DNA from: Octopus bimaculoides
Taxonomy: Eukaryota
Assembly: GCF_001194135.2 (NCBI RefSeq)
Contig: NC_068993.1
Span: 63,326,935 to 63,390,934, forward strand
Reading direction: 5' to 3'
DNA: 64,000 bases
The translations under genes were made by a program, and so were the position numbers. This document shows, one piece after another, positions 38,000-50,793 of this stretch (positions within the stretch are counted from its first letter, which is position 1; each line of letters starts with the position of its first letter). Under the pieces are notes generated by a model that saw only the letters and a list, made by a program, of their open reading frames with translations, was not told the origin of the DNA and made no database searches.

Positions 38000-39290
38000 G
38001 TACAGGCACTGGCCAAATATAAAAGCTACTCACATCATTTCAATCCAAAAGGTGACCAACCTGACATACTCCCAATTCCCCTTAAATAATGGACTTAAGA
38101 GCCACGCCATGCTTTCATAAAATTCCTCGATCTCTCTGCTTCTTACAGAATATATCATAATCTATCAAAATACTTGATTGTGCGTCACATCCCTGCAAGA
38201 AATCCATTTCACCAAAGGTGGCCACTTCTCCATCAGTATCATCACTTCCAGCATTTCAAGTTGATGAAAACAGTTTTAAACAAGTTACACTCTGACCCCA
38301 CTTTTGTTTTCCATTCTCACTTCTCACTAGAACTATTTCCATTATGGCAAATCTGTCAGAGGCTTACTCCCTTACACTCTACTGCAGTTGTCCCTTCCTT
38401 TAAAAACATTGGTGAAAATATTGTTGTTGCTTTTCTCATCAGTGAAACCTTTGATGATGTCTGGTGCAGAACTCTCCCCATCAATTTACCTGTCTATGGG
38501 ATCCACTTTTTACCTTTTGCATTGGAAATCTTTCAACAAGCCCATTCGGTTGTAAGTCATCGTAAAGTTCTCCCTCACCTGTATTTTATTCTCCTCTCTG
38601 GGTTCGGTTATTTCACCCATTTCCTTCTTTCTTTTCATTAAACGCTTTCTACCTTCAGCCTTCTGCACACAGGGGTTCCATGAGAAAGCCTCCATGCAGA
38701 CACTAGACTTGCTAGAATTAGCAGTCAAATCCCCCTCCAGCCTATTATCTTAAAAAAGGGCAAGACATATTATATAACATTGTGTGGTTACACCTTGGAT
38801 TGCATGTTTGCTCAATTAGGCTTAACCTGGTGGCTTGGCAACAACGTGGAACCTTGTCACCTCACAACAAATATGAAAGGACACATTGAAAACAGAACTT
38901 GACAACCAGACTAGTTTATACTTCAGTAAAACATAAATATAATTTCTATCAGGTCAACAATCTTGCTCTACACCCTCCTGATGTGTGAACACACAATTAA
39001 AACTTTCAAAGAGCCATAAGAAATATTTCATGTTGTTATCTCTGATAATCTGTCATGGTGAACTTTCATATGTAAATATAAAAATAGACTCCTGGGACAC
39101 GACTGGTGGCCTGTACCAGCAAAACTAGTATTTCTATGTAAAGCATGGAATTTCTGAAGTTGGCATGTCATTGATAGAAGTTGCCAGCATTTCAGACCAA
39201 ATCCTTCTTTGGGGAATCAAATAAGGTGAGGGAGCATGCGTTATTGCAGTGTGTTGCTGGGTTCAGCATTTGTTAGTATACTCCTGGGTC
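38000..39290 (+). mobile_element. Decayed CR1/L2/Jockey-group LINE reverse transcriptase
   Basis: Frameshifted motifs in the correct order: KGDQPDILPIPLK; KLMKTVLNK (38258); GENIVVAFLISETFDDVWCRTLPINLPVYGI (cf. LDISKAFDRVWH...KL..YGI); GSVISPISFFLFIK (38601, cf. QGSVLSPTLFLIFIND); ISDNLSW (39038); QIR*GSMRYCS (39218). Confidence 0.75.
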
Positions 39291-40429
39291 TTCGTGGGTC
39301 TTCACTGTCGAGCAGAATCCCAGTCAGTCCTCATCTCCACGAGGTACCTTCTCATCTACTATGTGGCTTGTGGTTGACCAACACAAGCTGTCAGCCCATC
39401 TGCATCCTCAATGAAGAGCTCATGGTAAGGAGGGCCACTTCATTACCGTCATCATTTAACGTCTGTTTTCCATGCTGGCATGGGTTGGATGGTTTGACTG
39501 AAAAACTGGTTAGTTGGGGAGACTCTTCATTTCTCCTTTGCAGTGTAAAACTAAAAATGTGTTCTCTTAATTTTTTTTTTCTTTTTTATGTTAGTTATTT
39601 TTTTGTTGTTTCTTAGTTTACCAAAGTGGGAAAGTGAAAAGTGAGGCCACAACCCTCCCCCTCCTCTCTTCGTAGGGTTTGAACTCTAGTTATAAACTTC
39701 TGGACTAAAGATTATAAAACTGTCTCAGATATTACCACCACGACCACCACCACTTTCTCCTTTCTCTCTTTCTCATAATTTTCTCCTCTCTCTCCCTCCT
39801 TTCTCTCCCTCTCTCTCTCTCTTTTGCTCCATCATTTCCCCTTTCTGTCTATTTCCCTCATTTTCCCTCTCTCTTCCTCTTTCTGTTTGTATCTATTTTT
39901 TCCCAGATCTCTCTTTCACGCCTTCCTCTTTTACACCCTCATTCTCTCTCTCTCTCTCTCCTTTCTCTCCCTCTCTCACTCTCCCTACAACTAATTGCTT
40001 ATTCGTCCATCTCTCCACCGTCTCACCTCATCCCATAATTTCATCACAGTCTACGTTTTACAGCTGTTTTATTGCTGCTTCAATCATACACACTGTTTTC
40101 TCTGTCTACCTGTCTGTGTGTACATATATGTGCCTACATACGTGTGTGTGTATGTGCTACTCGTTGTGTATGCGTGTGTGTATGGAAGGCTACTTCGTAT
40201 ATAATTAGTGTAATTAGGTTTCCTCTAGCTTTTCAAATATATGTTTAAATGTAGAGTTGCTTATACATCTATATATGTGTATATGTGTTTGTATGTGTGT
40301 GTGTGGGAGAGAGAGAGAATGTCTATGTGCACTTGTGTCAGTGTGTCTGTATACATACATACATGCATACACATATATATACATATATGTATATATGAAA
40401 ATATATATGTATATATGTATATATATCTA

Positions 40430-40488
<59 letters not shown>

Positions 40489-40940
40489 ATATATATATAT
40501 ATATATATATATAGATATATATATATATACACACACACACACGCACATGTATATATGTGTGTGTGTGTGTTTGCATTCATGGCTGGTGCTTTCAGCCATA
40601 TTATTATTGTATTATTTGCAGATGAATGTGTATAATGTAGGTTTGTATGGGTATATGGGCATGGGTAAAACATAACACCGTATAAATATAATGATAAAAA
40701 CGTGTGTGTGTATATACATGTATATATATCTTTCAATTATATGGTTGGAGTTACTTGTGTATAATTAACTTGCAATTGCATAAATTAAAATGTATATACG
40801 CCTAAATACAGGCTCAACCATGCCCTACCCCTGTCTCAGTTTCCTACACACCACACATACACACGCATAAACACACACAAACACACATTTCATATACAAA
40901 TACTTGTCATCATAAACTTATAAATGTGTATGTATGTGTG

Positions 40941-40986
<46 letters not shown>

Positions 40987-41384
40987 TACACTTGTGTATA
41001 TATATATATATATATACATATATATGTATAGATACCCAAACAAATACAGGGTCACCTTCTTACTCAAACACCCTTCAATATATAATTAGTACAAATCATA
41101 TTTCTCTAAATGTGTCCTTGTGATTTGATCTGTCTTTTATTGATGCTTGTAACTGGGTAGTTTTGACATTTTGTTGTCTGTCTGTCTGTTTGCATGTCTG
41201 TATGTACCTACATGTATGACATACGTGATGTATATACATGTGGCTGTCCACACTGCCTCTTCTTTTGTTCTCTCTCACTCCACTGGTTTTGAAATGTCTT
41301 AATTTCAAGACACTCTTTGTATCCAGGGAAAGGACTGGGAATCCTGCATAAAACTTCTTTCCTGATATCATATGGTGCAGTGTA

Positions 41385-41436
<52 letters not shown>

Positions 41437-41655
41437 NNNNNNNNNNGTGCGTGTGTGTGTGTGTGTGTGTAGCGAAATGAAGTCAAATCAAATAGTGCAC
41501 TATTTGGTTTGACTTTATTCCTATAATTAATTACAACTTGATGCCAGTACAGACTTGTAGGTCTTGACTCCACTTATATGGAGACTCTAACTAGGTAGTT
41601 TATTAGATTTGAGTCAAGCCCCAAATTCTCTGCACCACTTCTTAAGCTTAGCACA

Positions 41656-41711
<56 letters not shown>

Positions 41712-41736
41712 ATATGTATATATATGTATGTATATT

Positions 41737-41818
41737 TACAGTTCTATATTTAAGAGATGAGGAATTATGTACACTATTTACATTTGACAGATATTTGTCC
41801 TCATCTTGTTTGCTGTTA
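41737..41818 (-). mobile_element. Hammerhead-SINE copy C, left arm (3' tail, minus strand)
   Basis: Reverse complement is taacagcaaacaagatgaggacaaatatctgtcaaatgtaaatagtgtacataattcctcatctcttaaatatagaactgta, matching 57183-57272. Confidence 0.85.
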
Positions 41819-41833
41819 GTATATATGCCTACA

Positions 41834-41938
41834 GGCATGTGGTGTGGTGGTTAAGAGCGCAGGCTACTAACCCCAAGATTTCAAGTTCGATTCCAGGCAG
41901 TGACCTGAATAATAATAATAATAATAGTAATAATAATA
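41834..41938 (+). mobile_element. Hammerhead-SINE copy C, right arm (tRNA-like head plus (AAT)n, runs into a gap)
   Basis: ggcatgtggtgtggtggttaagagcgc (A-box), aggCTACTAAcccc (7-nt anticodon-like loop), gttcgattcc (B-box), aggcagtgacctg(aat)n as in copy A. Confidence 0.85.
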
Positions 41939-42328
41939 NNNNNNNNNNNNNNNNNNNNNNNNNNNNNNNNNNNNNNNNNNNNNNNNNNNNNNNNNNNNNN
42001 NNNNNNNNNNNNNNNNNNNNNNNNNNNNNNNNNNNNNNNNNNNNNNNNNNNNNNNNNNNNNNNNNNNNNNNNNNNNNNNNNNNNNNNNNNNNNNNNNNNN
42101 NNNNNNNNNNNNNNNNNNNNNNNNNNNNNNNNNNNNNNNNNNNNNNNNNNNNNNNNNNNNNNNNNNNNNNNNNNNNNNNNNNNNNNNNNNNNNNNNNNNN
42201 NNNNNNNNNNNNNNNNNNNNNNNNNNNNNNNNNNNNNNNNNNNNNNNNNNNNNNNNNNNNNNNNNNNNNNNNNNNNNNNNNNNNNNNNNNNNNNNNNNNN
42301 NNNNNNNNNNNNNNNNNNNNNNNNNNNA

Positions 42329-42666
42329 CCAGATGGCAACACCAGGCTCCAGTCTAATTTGGCAGAGTTTCTACAGCTGGATGCCCTTCCTAACGCCAAC
42401 CACTCAGAGAGTGTAGTGGGTGCTTTTACGTGTCACCCGCACGAAAACGGCCACGCTCGAAATGGTGTCTTTTATGTGCCACCCGCACAAGAACCAGTCC
42501 AGGGGCACTGGCAACGATCTCGCTCGAAAATCCTACGGGAGCCAGTCAGGCGGTACTGGCAACGGCCACGCTCAAAATGGTGCATCTCATGTGCCACCCG
42601 CACAAGAACCAGTCCAGGGGCACTGGCAACGATCTTACTTGGCTTGCCGGGTCTTCTCACGCACAA
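42329..42666 (-). mobile_element. Young RTE LINE 3' UTR plus ORF stop region
   Basis: Reverse complement of 36546-36700 sequence. Carries a duplicated unit of about 115 bp (42481 and 42596). The element-5' end encodes VREKTRQAK*. Confidence 0.9.
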
Positions 42667-43350
42667 TATATATATATTGTAATGATGATGATGATGATGA
42701 TATATTATATATTGCATTTTATATAAATATACTTCATGGTAGATATAAATAACTTTTGAAGTATTAGAAAACATTATAACTAAGGAAGTATTACCAGAGA
42801 ATGTTGCATCAGTTTGAGAACCTAACACATGTGACCAAGGCAAGGAGATATTTAGAGTTTTAACATGTACACCACCTTAAGCATCTACATCTCATATATC
42901 TACACCAGCCCAGCATCACATATCTTCTCCACCTCCTCAAGCATCTGTAACTTTTACACATCCCCAAACCCACAACCTACCCCAGGCCAAACACTCTACA
43001 TCAAAAGACGTTATATGTTGTGCGTGCTCATAAAATGTTCTCATCTCTATTGTCTATTACAGTTTTAATTAGTTTAGGTTTCACAGATTTCACTTCATTA
43101 ATAAAGTGTCCAACCTCTGATGTCTATTATGTTATACTTTGCTGAAAAAATGCTAGACATTCTATAGAATACATAGGCATTCTATTAAAATTCATCGCTA
43201 ATGTATATAAGGTCGGAAAGAAACACGCTGATTACATACATTGCCAAAAATTGCTAGACATTATTCTATATAATATCAAGGTATTTTATACAATACCTTA
43301 ATTTTACACAATGCCAGTAATATTGTATGTGCACAGATATGTAATACTGA

Positions 43351-43394
<44 letters not shown>

Positions 43395-44139
43395 TTGAAA
43401 ATATGTGGAAAACATATATAAAAATTGGAAGAGAAATGTCTTCGTTTCACAAAGTTTAAGATCTTTTTATAAAGAAATTTTTTAAAATATATACATATTT
43501 TATGGATGTAGTGATATCGGTTTTCACTATTTAAATTAAATATATATTTATATTTTTATATTTCTCCAATATCTATATCTCTATTATACAAGTATTTTAC
43601 ATACATTATATTATATAAATTATATGTATATTATATATATTTTTTGTATATATATTCATCATTTAACATCCCTTTTTCTCTGTTGGCATGGGTTGTATGG
43701 ATCAACACAAACTCAAATATATATTACACTTTTACAGGAAGAGTGGTGACAGTGACTTTGAAGTTGAGATGTTGGTTGCAGGTTAACAAACTAGTGGCAA
43801 CAGTCATTATGTGGGAGTAGCCAAATTTAATGGTGTTGGGTTACAGTTGAATCAGGTCAATCAACATGTGTTGGGCTTTAGTTTAAAGGATCAGCAGGTA
43901 TTAAAGACTCTTCCCTTGTATGTAGGAGAGATAGACCTAGGACAGCTTTTCTGGATTGTCAACTGCCAATAGCCTGGGGTTCATTAAGAGGGTATAGCTC
44001 TAGTGAAAACAAGATAGTTCATTCTTCCTGTTGATGGATTCAAGTTTCATTCTTTTAGGTTGGTGGAGTATGTGTGGTCCCTCACAGCAACATATGCAAA
44101 CACACACCTACACAACCTCCAATCCACACCACACCACAA

Positions 44140-44480
44140 CCTATAACTATTGAAATTCTACCAACTTCTCACTGGGAGGATCTAGCCTCTCAAAGACTGT
44201 AGTCTTTAGAGCCACCCTCACACTGTAGTCTTTAGAGCCACTACATCAGCATGACAGCCAATAATTTTAAGGAATGGTATACACAGCACATGCACTCCTT
44301 CAGGTGTAGAGATAGAGGAAATTCCACTTCCCTGTACAGCTTCAACTGGAGACCCCCATGACCATCGGAATAACTTCCCCAATATCAAATGGAATATCAC
44401 TGACAGGGTCTCCCACTTACCTGGCTCTTACAATGCCAGTTCTGTCTTTGTGGGAGATTACACAACAAGCTCCTTGAGTG
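44140..44480 (+). mobile_element. Decayed Penelope-like element, GIY-YIG endonuclease region
   Basis: NFSLGGSSLSKTVVFRATLT (cf. CPLxGxCLxxSVVYxATV), then YISMTANNFKEWYTQHMHSFR...NSTSL...W (44242; cf. YIGxTExxFKxRYxxHxxSFR...NSTxLSKxIW), then PNIKWNITDR (44378) and QCQFCL (44431). Order and spacing fit the PLE GIY-YIG domain. It may extend upstream to about 43900. Confidence 0.7.
44196..44241. repeat. 20-bp direct duplication (period 26) inside the Penelope remnant
   Basis: actgtagtctttagagccac at 44196 and 44222. Confidence 0.9.
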
Positions 44481-45284
44481 AAAGTTTAAGAGTTTAAATT
44501 TATAGTCAAACCTGGACAATGACTATATACTAAGACTAGCTCAAAGCAGTTTTTCAACAAGTATGTGTCTATCTCCTATTCTTACATTGCATGATCCTTA
44601 TAGACTCCATCATACTTTCTTTGATTCTTGCATGCATTAACATATATTAACATACATCAACCAATACACTTGAGACTAGTCACTTTCATATAGACTCTAT
44701 TCCTCCACTGCTTTCACTGTGGTTCATGTTTTTATTTAAATGGATTTCAAAAGAAAAAAATATACTGTACCTCTTCCCCTTCTTTCTACTTTCTGTAATG
44801 GGAAATCAAGTTGAGCTATACTAGAAATGTGAACTATGTGGTTCAATTCCCACTGGGGGTGACAACATTTAAAAAAAATATCTATTTCATTTCCTGAATT
44901 GTATTAGTTTAAAAACACATTCACATGAGTGCATGCACCCCCCCCCNNNNNNNNNNNNNCCCCCCCCCCCCACACACACATACGCTTACATGCAAACATA
45001 AAAATATAAACTGTGGATATACTATGTAACCTGTGTTATTTATGATATTACAAAGCTGAAGGTCTCAGTGCAACTGAGGAGAGGCGAAATATTTCCTTGA
45101 TGACAAAACCTAAACTTATCCTGATTAACTCTTTTCATATTTACCCAGAATCATCAACATCTGATTGGTAAACATGTTTACATAAAGAGTTCATTCGTTT
45201 TCTGAAGTATTTGGCTTGGAGGAGGTTCAAGCTCTTGAACACACAATTAGATGTAGTCAGTGTCTGTATGTGTGTGTGTGTGTG

Positions 45285-45318
<34 letters not shown>

Positions 45319-45789
45319 CACACTAGGCACACATAGAGTTCCTTGCATCATTGAAGTAAGTGACTTCAGCATGAGATGTGTGCCTCTGGCCAGGCAGTGG
45401 TTTTCGGTGGCAAGACTAAAGAGCTACTCTATACCAACCCTTATTTGGAGCTTCTGTTCACTTAAACAAGTTTCCTGTGACGTAGTTTGTGGCGTCCACT
45501 CCAAAATAATACATTGTATGAGCATAGTTTATTAATTAGCATCAAAGATTAAAATCAGATTGGAGTCTGGTGCAGCCCCTCAGCTTACCAGCCCTGGTCC
45601 AACCCATGCCAGATGCCAGCATGGACAATTGACGTTAAATGATGGTGATGATGGATGATGATGGTGATGATGATGGTGATGATATGTCTGTGTGTGTCTA
45701 AAACAGATGGCTTCGATGAATCCTCCTGGTATTCTTTGAGTAAATGTCCATGTTAAAATTCTCATAAAACTTTGATGAAAATCTTTTGA

Positions 45790-47900
45790 AGTCAAAGGCT
45801 TTTATGATGGGCACGCTTAGATTTTGTAGGATTCTTAGTACCTTTATTCAGTGACAAATGGGGGGTACTAAATATCCTGGCACAAATCTCTGTATGGAAT
45901 CTGTGAATGCTAAAAGAATATCTTTATTGTTTATGAAGCAGATGCCAATTATGAAATTCATTATTTAGGATGAAAATTTTGACCCTCTTCAAGAAGTGAT
46001 AACCTTTTACCAAAGGAAAGCTTGTTTATTATGGAAAATTCTAATGCTGAAATTGGTAATGGTAAGGATAAGGAATGGTTGAAGGTTAAAAAAAAAATCA
46101 TGGAATTGAAATTTGTAAGAAAAGAGGATCAAAACTCTTGTTTTTGTGTAATTAGTGATTTCATTGTTTCTAACTGGCACTCTGTCAATTACAACAGTGA
46201 GTGTTCCAATTGATCCGATCAATGGAAGAACCTGCTTGTGAAATTAAGAGGCAAGTGGCTGAGCACTCCACAGATATGCGTACCTTTAATGCAGTTCTCA
46301 GGGAGATTCAGCATGACACAGAGTGTGACAAGGCTGGCCCCTTGAAATACAGGTCCTACTCATTTTTACCAGTTGAGTGGACAGGAACAATGTGAAATAA
46401 AGTGTCTTACCCAAGGACACAGCAAAGACTAGGAATTGAACTTGCAATCTCATGACCGTGAGCTGAATACCCAAACCACTAACGCAAGCGCCTTCACTCA
46501 TTGTCTCCAACAAAATAGTCAGACTCAAAGACTCAGAGAATGAAGTTGTTTTGTCTGGATTTCACTGGTCAAAACTAACAAAAAGTTTTAATAAATTAAT
46601 GCCAAACAAATGGAAACCTCATCTAAAAATCTGTAGAACATGTAGTTCTGCAGAAATAGGGTGTGAGCATTTATTAGTCCTGGCAAACATCAGGATTCCA
46701 TAAAAACCACAAGACATTAGACATAACAAAGAACCTCCAAAACATTATAATTTTGTAAAATTGTAAACAAAAGTTTTACCACAGAAATTTGAAGCCTCAG
46801 CAGGGGGTCAGTTTGCTGCGATGTAAGAAGATGATACGGAGTTTGAAGTTTTTTAATGATGCATCCTGTGCATTCAGTGGTAGTATAAGGAATTGGTTAA
46901 AAAACAAACAAACGAGTAGAAACTCTGCTAACATGTATGTGTGAGAAAAGAAACAAAGTAAAATCACTTTTGATTACTTTTCAACATAACACCAATTACA
47001 GAAAAAGAAAATAGAGAATTAAATAAAAAAAGAAAGAGCAAAGGGGGTGGGGGGCATCTGTCAGACAAGAGAATAAAAAAATTCTAATAAATACAAGGTA
47101 TGGAATAACAGAAATATGTTAGAAATAACAGATATATGCTGAAGAAATAACAGATATATGCTATTTCAGCAAATCAGACAATTGGAAATTAAAAAAATAT
47201 ATATATACAAAGTATACAAATGGTATTGGCAGTAAAAGACTAGAAAAGAATGGTATAAGTATAGAGAGGCAATGGGTTAAACAGTTGCAGGAAGCATTTT
47301 GAGAAGCAAGCATCTCGGTCCACATGAAGGGGCAGCCTTATGCGAAATAGATCAAGTAATTGATGATGGTATGGAAGACCAATTCTTACCAATTACTGTG
47401 GAAGAAGATTTCAATTGTATCAAACAGTGAAAAATACAGGAAAACAACAGGAATGGATGGGATACCATCAGAACTAATGAAAGCTTCTAATTAAATGGTG
47501 ATAAAGATATAAGGCTGTTTAATGGAATAATTACGAAAGAGAGATCACCATGGAATTGGTTAGAAATCAGAGCAGACCTCACTCATGAGGAAGGAGATAA
47601 ATTAAATTCAGAAATCATAGAGCAATATCACTTCTTTTAATTCTTGATAAAGTATTTTGTAAGATTTTACTAATCAGATGTGCAGCAGTAATTGAAAGAA
47701 GAGTGAGTGAATCTCATTGTGGTTTTAGGTTGCAAACAGGAACTGCTGATGCAATCTTTATTGCCAGACAATTAATAGAAAAGGTAGCAGAACATAAATT
47801 TCCACTGCATTTTCATTTAATTAATTTTTTAATTAGCTTTCAATACTGTATGGAAGGAAGCATTAGGAAAAAATACTGTTAACGATAGTTTCATGCAAAG
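45790..47900 (+). mobile_element. Decayed old RTE-clade LINE (APE endonuclease plus N-terminal RT), interrupted by a SINE
   Basis: IMENSNAEIG (46028; cf. MGDFNAKIG); CRTCSSAEIGCEHLLVLANIR (46632; cf. SADIGSDHxLV); GMDGIPSELMKA; then, across small frameshifts, GDKLN...RAISLL...KVFCKILL...ESHCGFR...TADAIFIARQLIEK...AFNTVW (47583-47880). Confidence 0.8.
46196..46497 (-). mobile_element. SINE family 4 copy nested in the old RTE
   Basis: Colinear with 15700-15996. Confidence 0.8.
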
Positions 47901-48814
47901 GTCATGTCAGTTATAAAAACACGTGGAAAATTAACGTGATCTGAAGTCTCCTTGTTTGAAGACAAATTTGGTGGCAGGAGAAAACAGAAGAACTTTTGGC
48001 ACTCTGCTGCCTTCAGCATGTCAAATGTCATCAATGCTGGTGTTATGCTGTCTAACCTCTACAAGTCTTATACAGCTCCTTAACTTCATATTCTATGGTC
48101 AGTTGCCCTCCTGCAGCCCACTCCTATTAACAACAAATGACCACTTCCAACCACACCTTTAATTCTCTTCAAAACCTCTCTCCACCCTCTCCCCTACCAA
48201 CTCTTTCCTTATCATGTCTTTCAAGTTCCACTCTTCCATCACTGGACATTGTACTGGACACTTTACCCATAATTGTGTCAGATGACACTACCCTGCTCAA
48301 ACCTAACCCCTCTGCCCCCCTTTCCCTTGCACTAATCATTCTCACCTACGACTGCTTCTATTCTTCCTCAGACTAACACCAGCAGGTTATTAGAACAGCT
48401 TCAGCTACGCCAACCTATCCATCAGTTACTTTGAGGTGAAAATCTTCAAGTTCACTGGACCCAACATTACAGCTTTTCTGGGGTTTTTTTTTATGATAGC
48501 CGTATCTGCCTGACTCCCTTAACAGCAATCAGCTAAACTCCAATGCTTTCACCAATTCCTTCCACCATTCCTTACACGCCACCCCCACCACCTCCATAAC
48601 CACTGTTAACTTCCTCTTTCTATCGACTTCATCATCCTTTCCACCTCAATCTGTTACAGACTCACTGACTCTCACTCTTACCTGTTTTGGTGCCAAACCT
48701 ATTTTGGCACCAACCCATTTGACAATAGATGATTAAATGCAAGGAAATAGCATATTTGATTAATTCTTCAATATTCAAAAGTACAACTATCAAAAGATAT
48801 AAAATGATTATGTA

Positions 48815-48851
<37 letters not shown>

Positions 48852-50750
48852 AGGCAAATTATTGCTTTATATCTCTTGACCATTGTACTTTTATATAAGA
48901 TGGTGTATATATCATATCAACAATATAATTTCACTTACATAAATCATACTTTCCTTCCTTCATATTTTTTCCAAAGAATTTATATAAGGAATGATATTTT
49001 GATGTGTCTAAAATATTCATTGCCAACTACAGTCAGGAATTCAAGAGTCACCAATGCTTTCTGTTTTATATTCATTTTGAAAAGTGCAACCTCTAGTTGC
49101 ATAACAGAAGCTTCATGCAAACAACTGTTGCAGCTCCTAATTGTTTCTGTAACCTTTCTTTGTACTGTTTTTTTTTTGTTTTGTTACTGTATAAAAATTC
49201 AAACTCATTATCATGGTTGCTTGCTTTGTTGAAAATAAAAAGGGATTCATTAAATGTACACTAATTGTTCATTAATACTAATTACTCATTAATATATTAA
49301 TAGCACAGCTATCATAGATAAGTAAAAGTTATTGAGTTTAAAATGTATATAAAGTGGTGGCAGAAGAGTACAGCTCTTTTGGCATTGCACATGACGAAAA
49401 TACAACTCAGTTGTCACCTGTTGATAGCAACAGTAATGCCACTTGTTGTCTCAGCAAATTGCTAGATTTCATTTAACAATTAAGAGGTTCAGTTGTCTCA
49501 TATCTTAATTTTAAAAATAGTTTGAATGGAAACCAGTTTTATGTATGACAAAACATGGCTTTTATTCTTTTGTATTAATTCTCAAACAATTGGAATGAAT
49601 GTGCAATGAAAAGTGACTCTTTTGCGAGGACACAGAGCAATTCAATTGGGATGACTTAGACTTTACTAGAAACCAATATTGTTGAATTAGAGGAATTGGA
49701 AAATGTTGCAGAAAGGAGTAGGAAATGACAGTGGGGATAGGTTTAGGAGTTTAGGGGTCTCTTGGGGGTAAGAAGTTCAACAGAATACCAAATCCATTTT
49801 GTTATTGTGTCCAAAAGACGATTTTTTTTAAAAGGGTCAGGGTTTGATGTGATAAACATTGATATAACATCCAAGGTTTTGAACTTCTGAGTGGATTTAA
49901 AATGTCCTGAATAAATATTATACAGGGTGCAAACATTCAGGCCACTTCTTTGGTTTGAGGATATTCTTCCTCTCAGCTGTTTTGGTGGCCCTGTATGGGA
50001 TTATGGGCACAGCCTTCCCTCTGAACAGAAGATTTTACACACACACACACATACACGTACATACATACATACATACATACATACACACATTCATGTATGT
50101 ATACATACACACACATACACATATAATATGTACATGCACACATTCATACATAAATACATGCATACATACATACATATACATACATATACATACATACACA
50201 CACATATATACATACATACATGCATGCATGCATGCATGTATGTATCCATAGATACACACATCCATATACGCATACATACATAGATGCACGCATGCATACA
50301 CACACATGCACATGAATGTATGTATAGCATAATTTCAAAATACGTAGAATATAAAGCAAGTTTTATTAAATTCCTGTCTTTTACACAAGACTCAAAGCAT
50401 TTGAATTACTTTGGTAGCTTTTATTGCTGACAAAGAATTTTATACATTCTACTTTTATGCATCGAGTTCCATTTCCACCAAACATACAAACACCTACACC
50501 CACCCACCCACACACACATAGCAATGCATTTTTAAACATCAAAACCCATTTCAGTGAAGTACTCTGTGTGTGTGTGTGTGTATATAAGCATGTAGGTACC
50601 AGCTTCCAAGTTGTCACTTGGAAGATTTTATATTAATATCATATTCGTTATTTGCATTCACTTCTATATCTTTGGCATGTTTTGCATGTTTTGCATTCAT
50701 GGAGAAACGCCACTCTCACTCTCTCACTCTCTCTCTCTCTCTCTCTCACA

Positions 50751-50793
<43 letters not shown>

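Noticed and set aside
41834-41905. Possible genuine tRNA gene
   Set aside because: The acceptor and anticodon stems pair poorly, and it continues into (AAT)n and the repeat body seen at 2235. It is a SINE head.
47950-48700. Pyrimidine-rich segments (also 42770-43010 and 52400-52740) that might be further Penelope-like ORF relics
   Set aside because: I could not recover ordered diagnostic motifs by eye; this needs a profile search.
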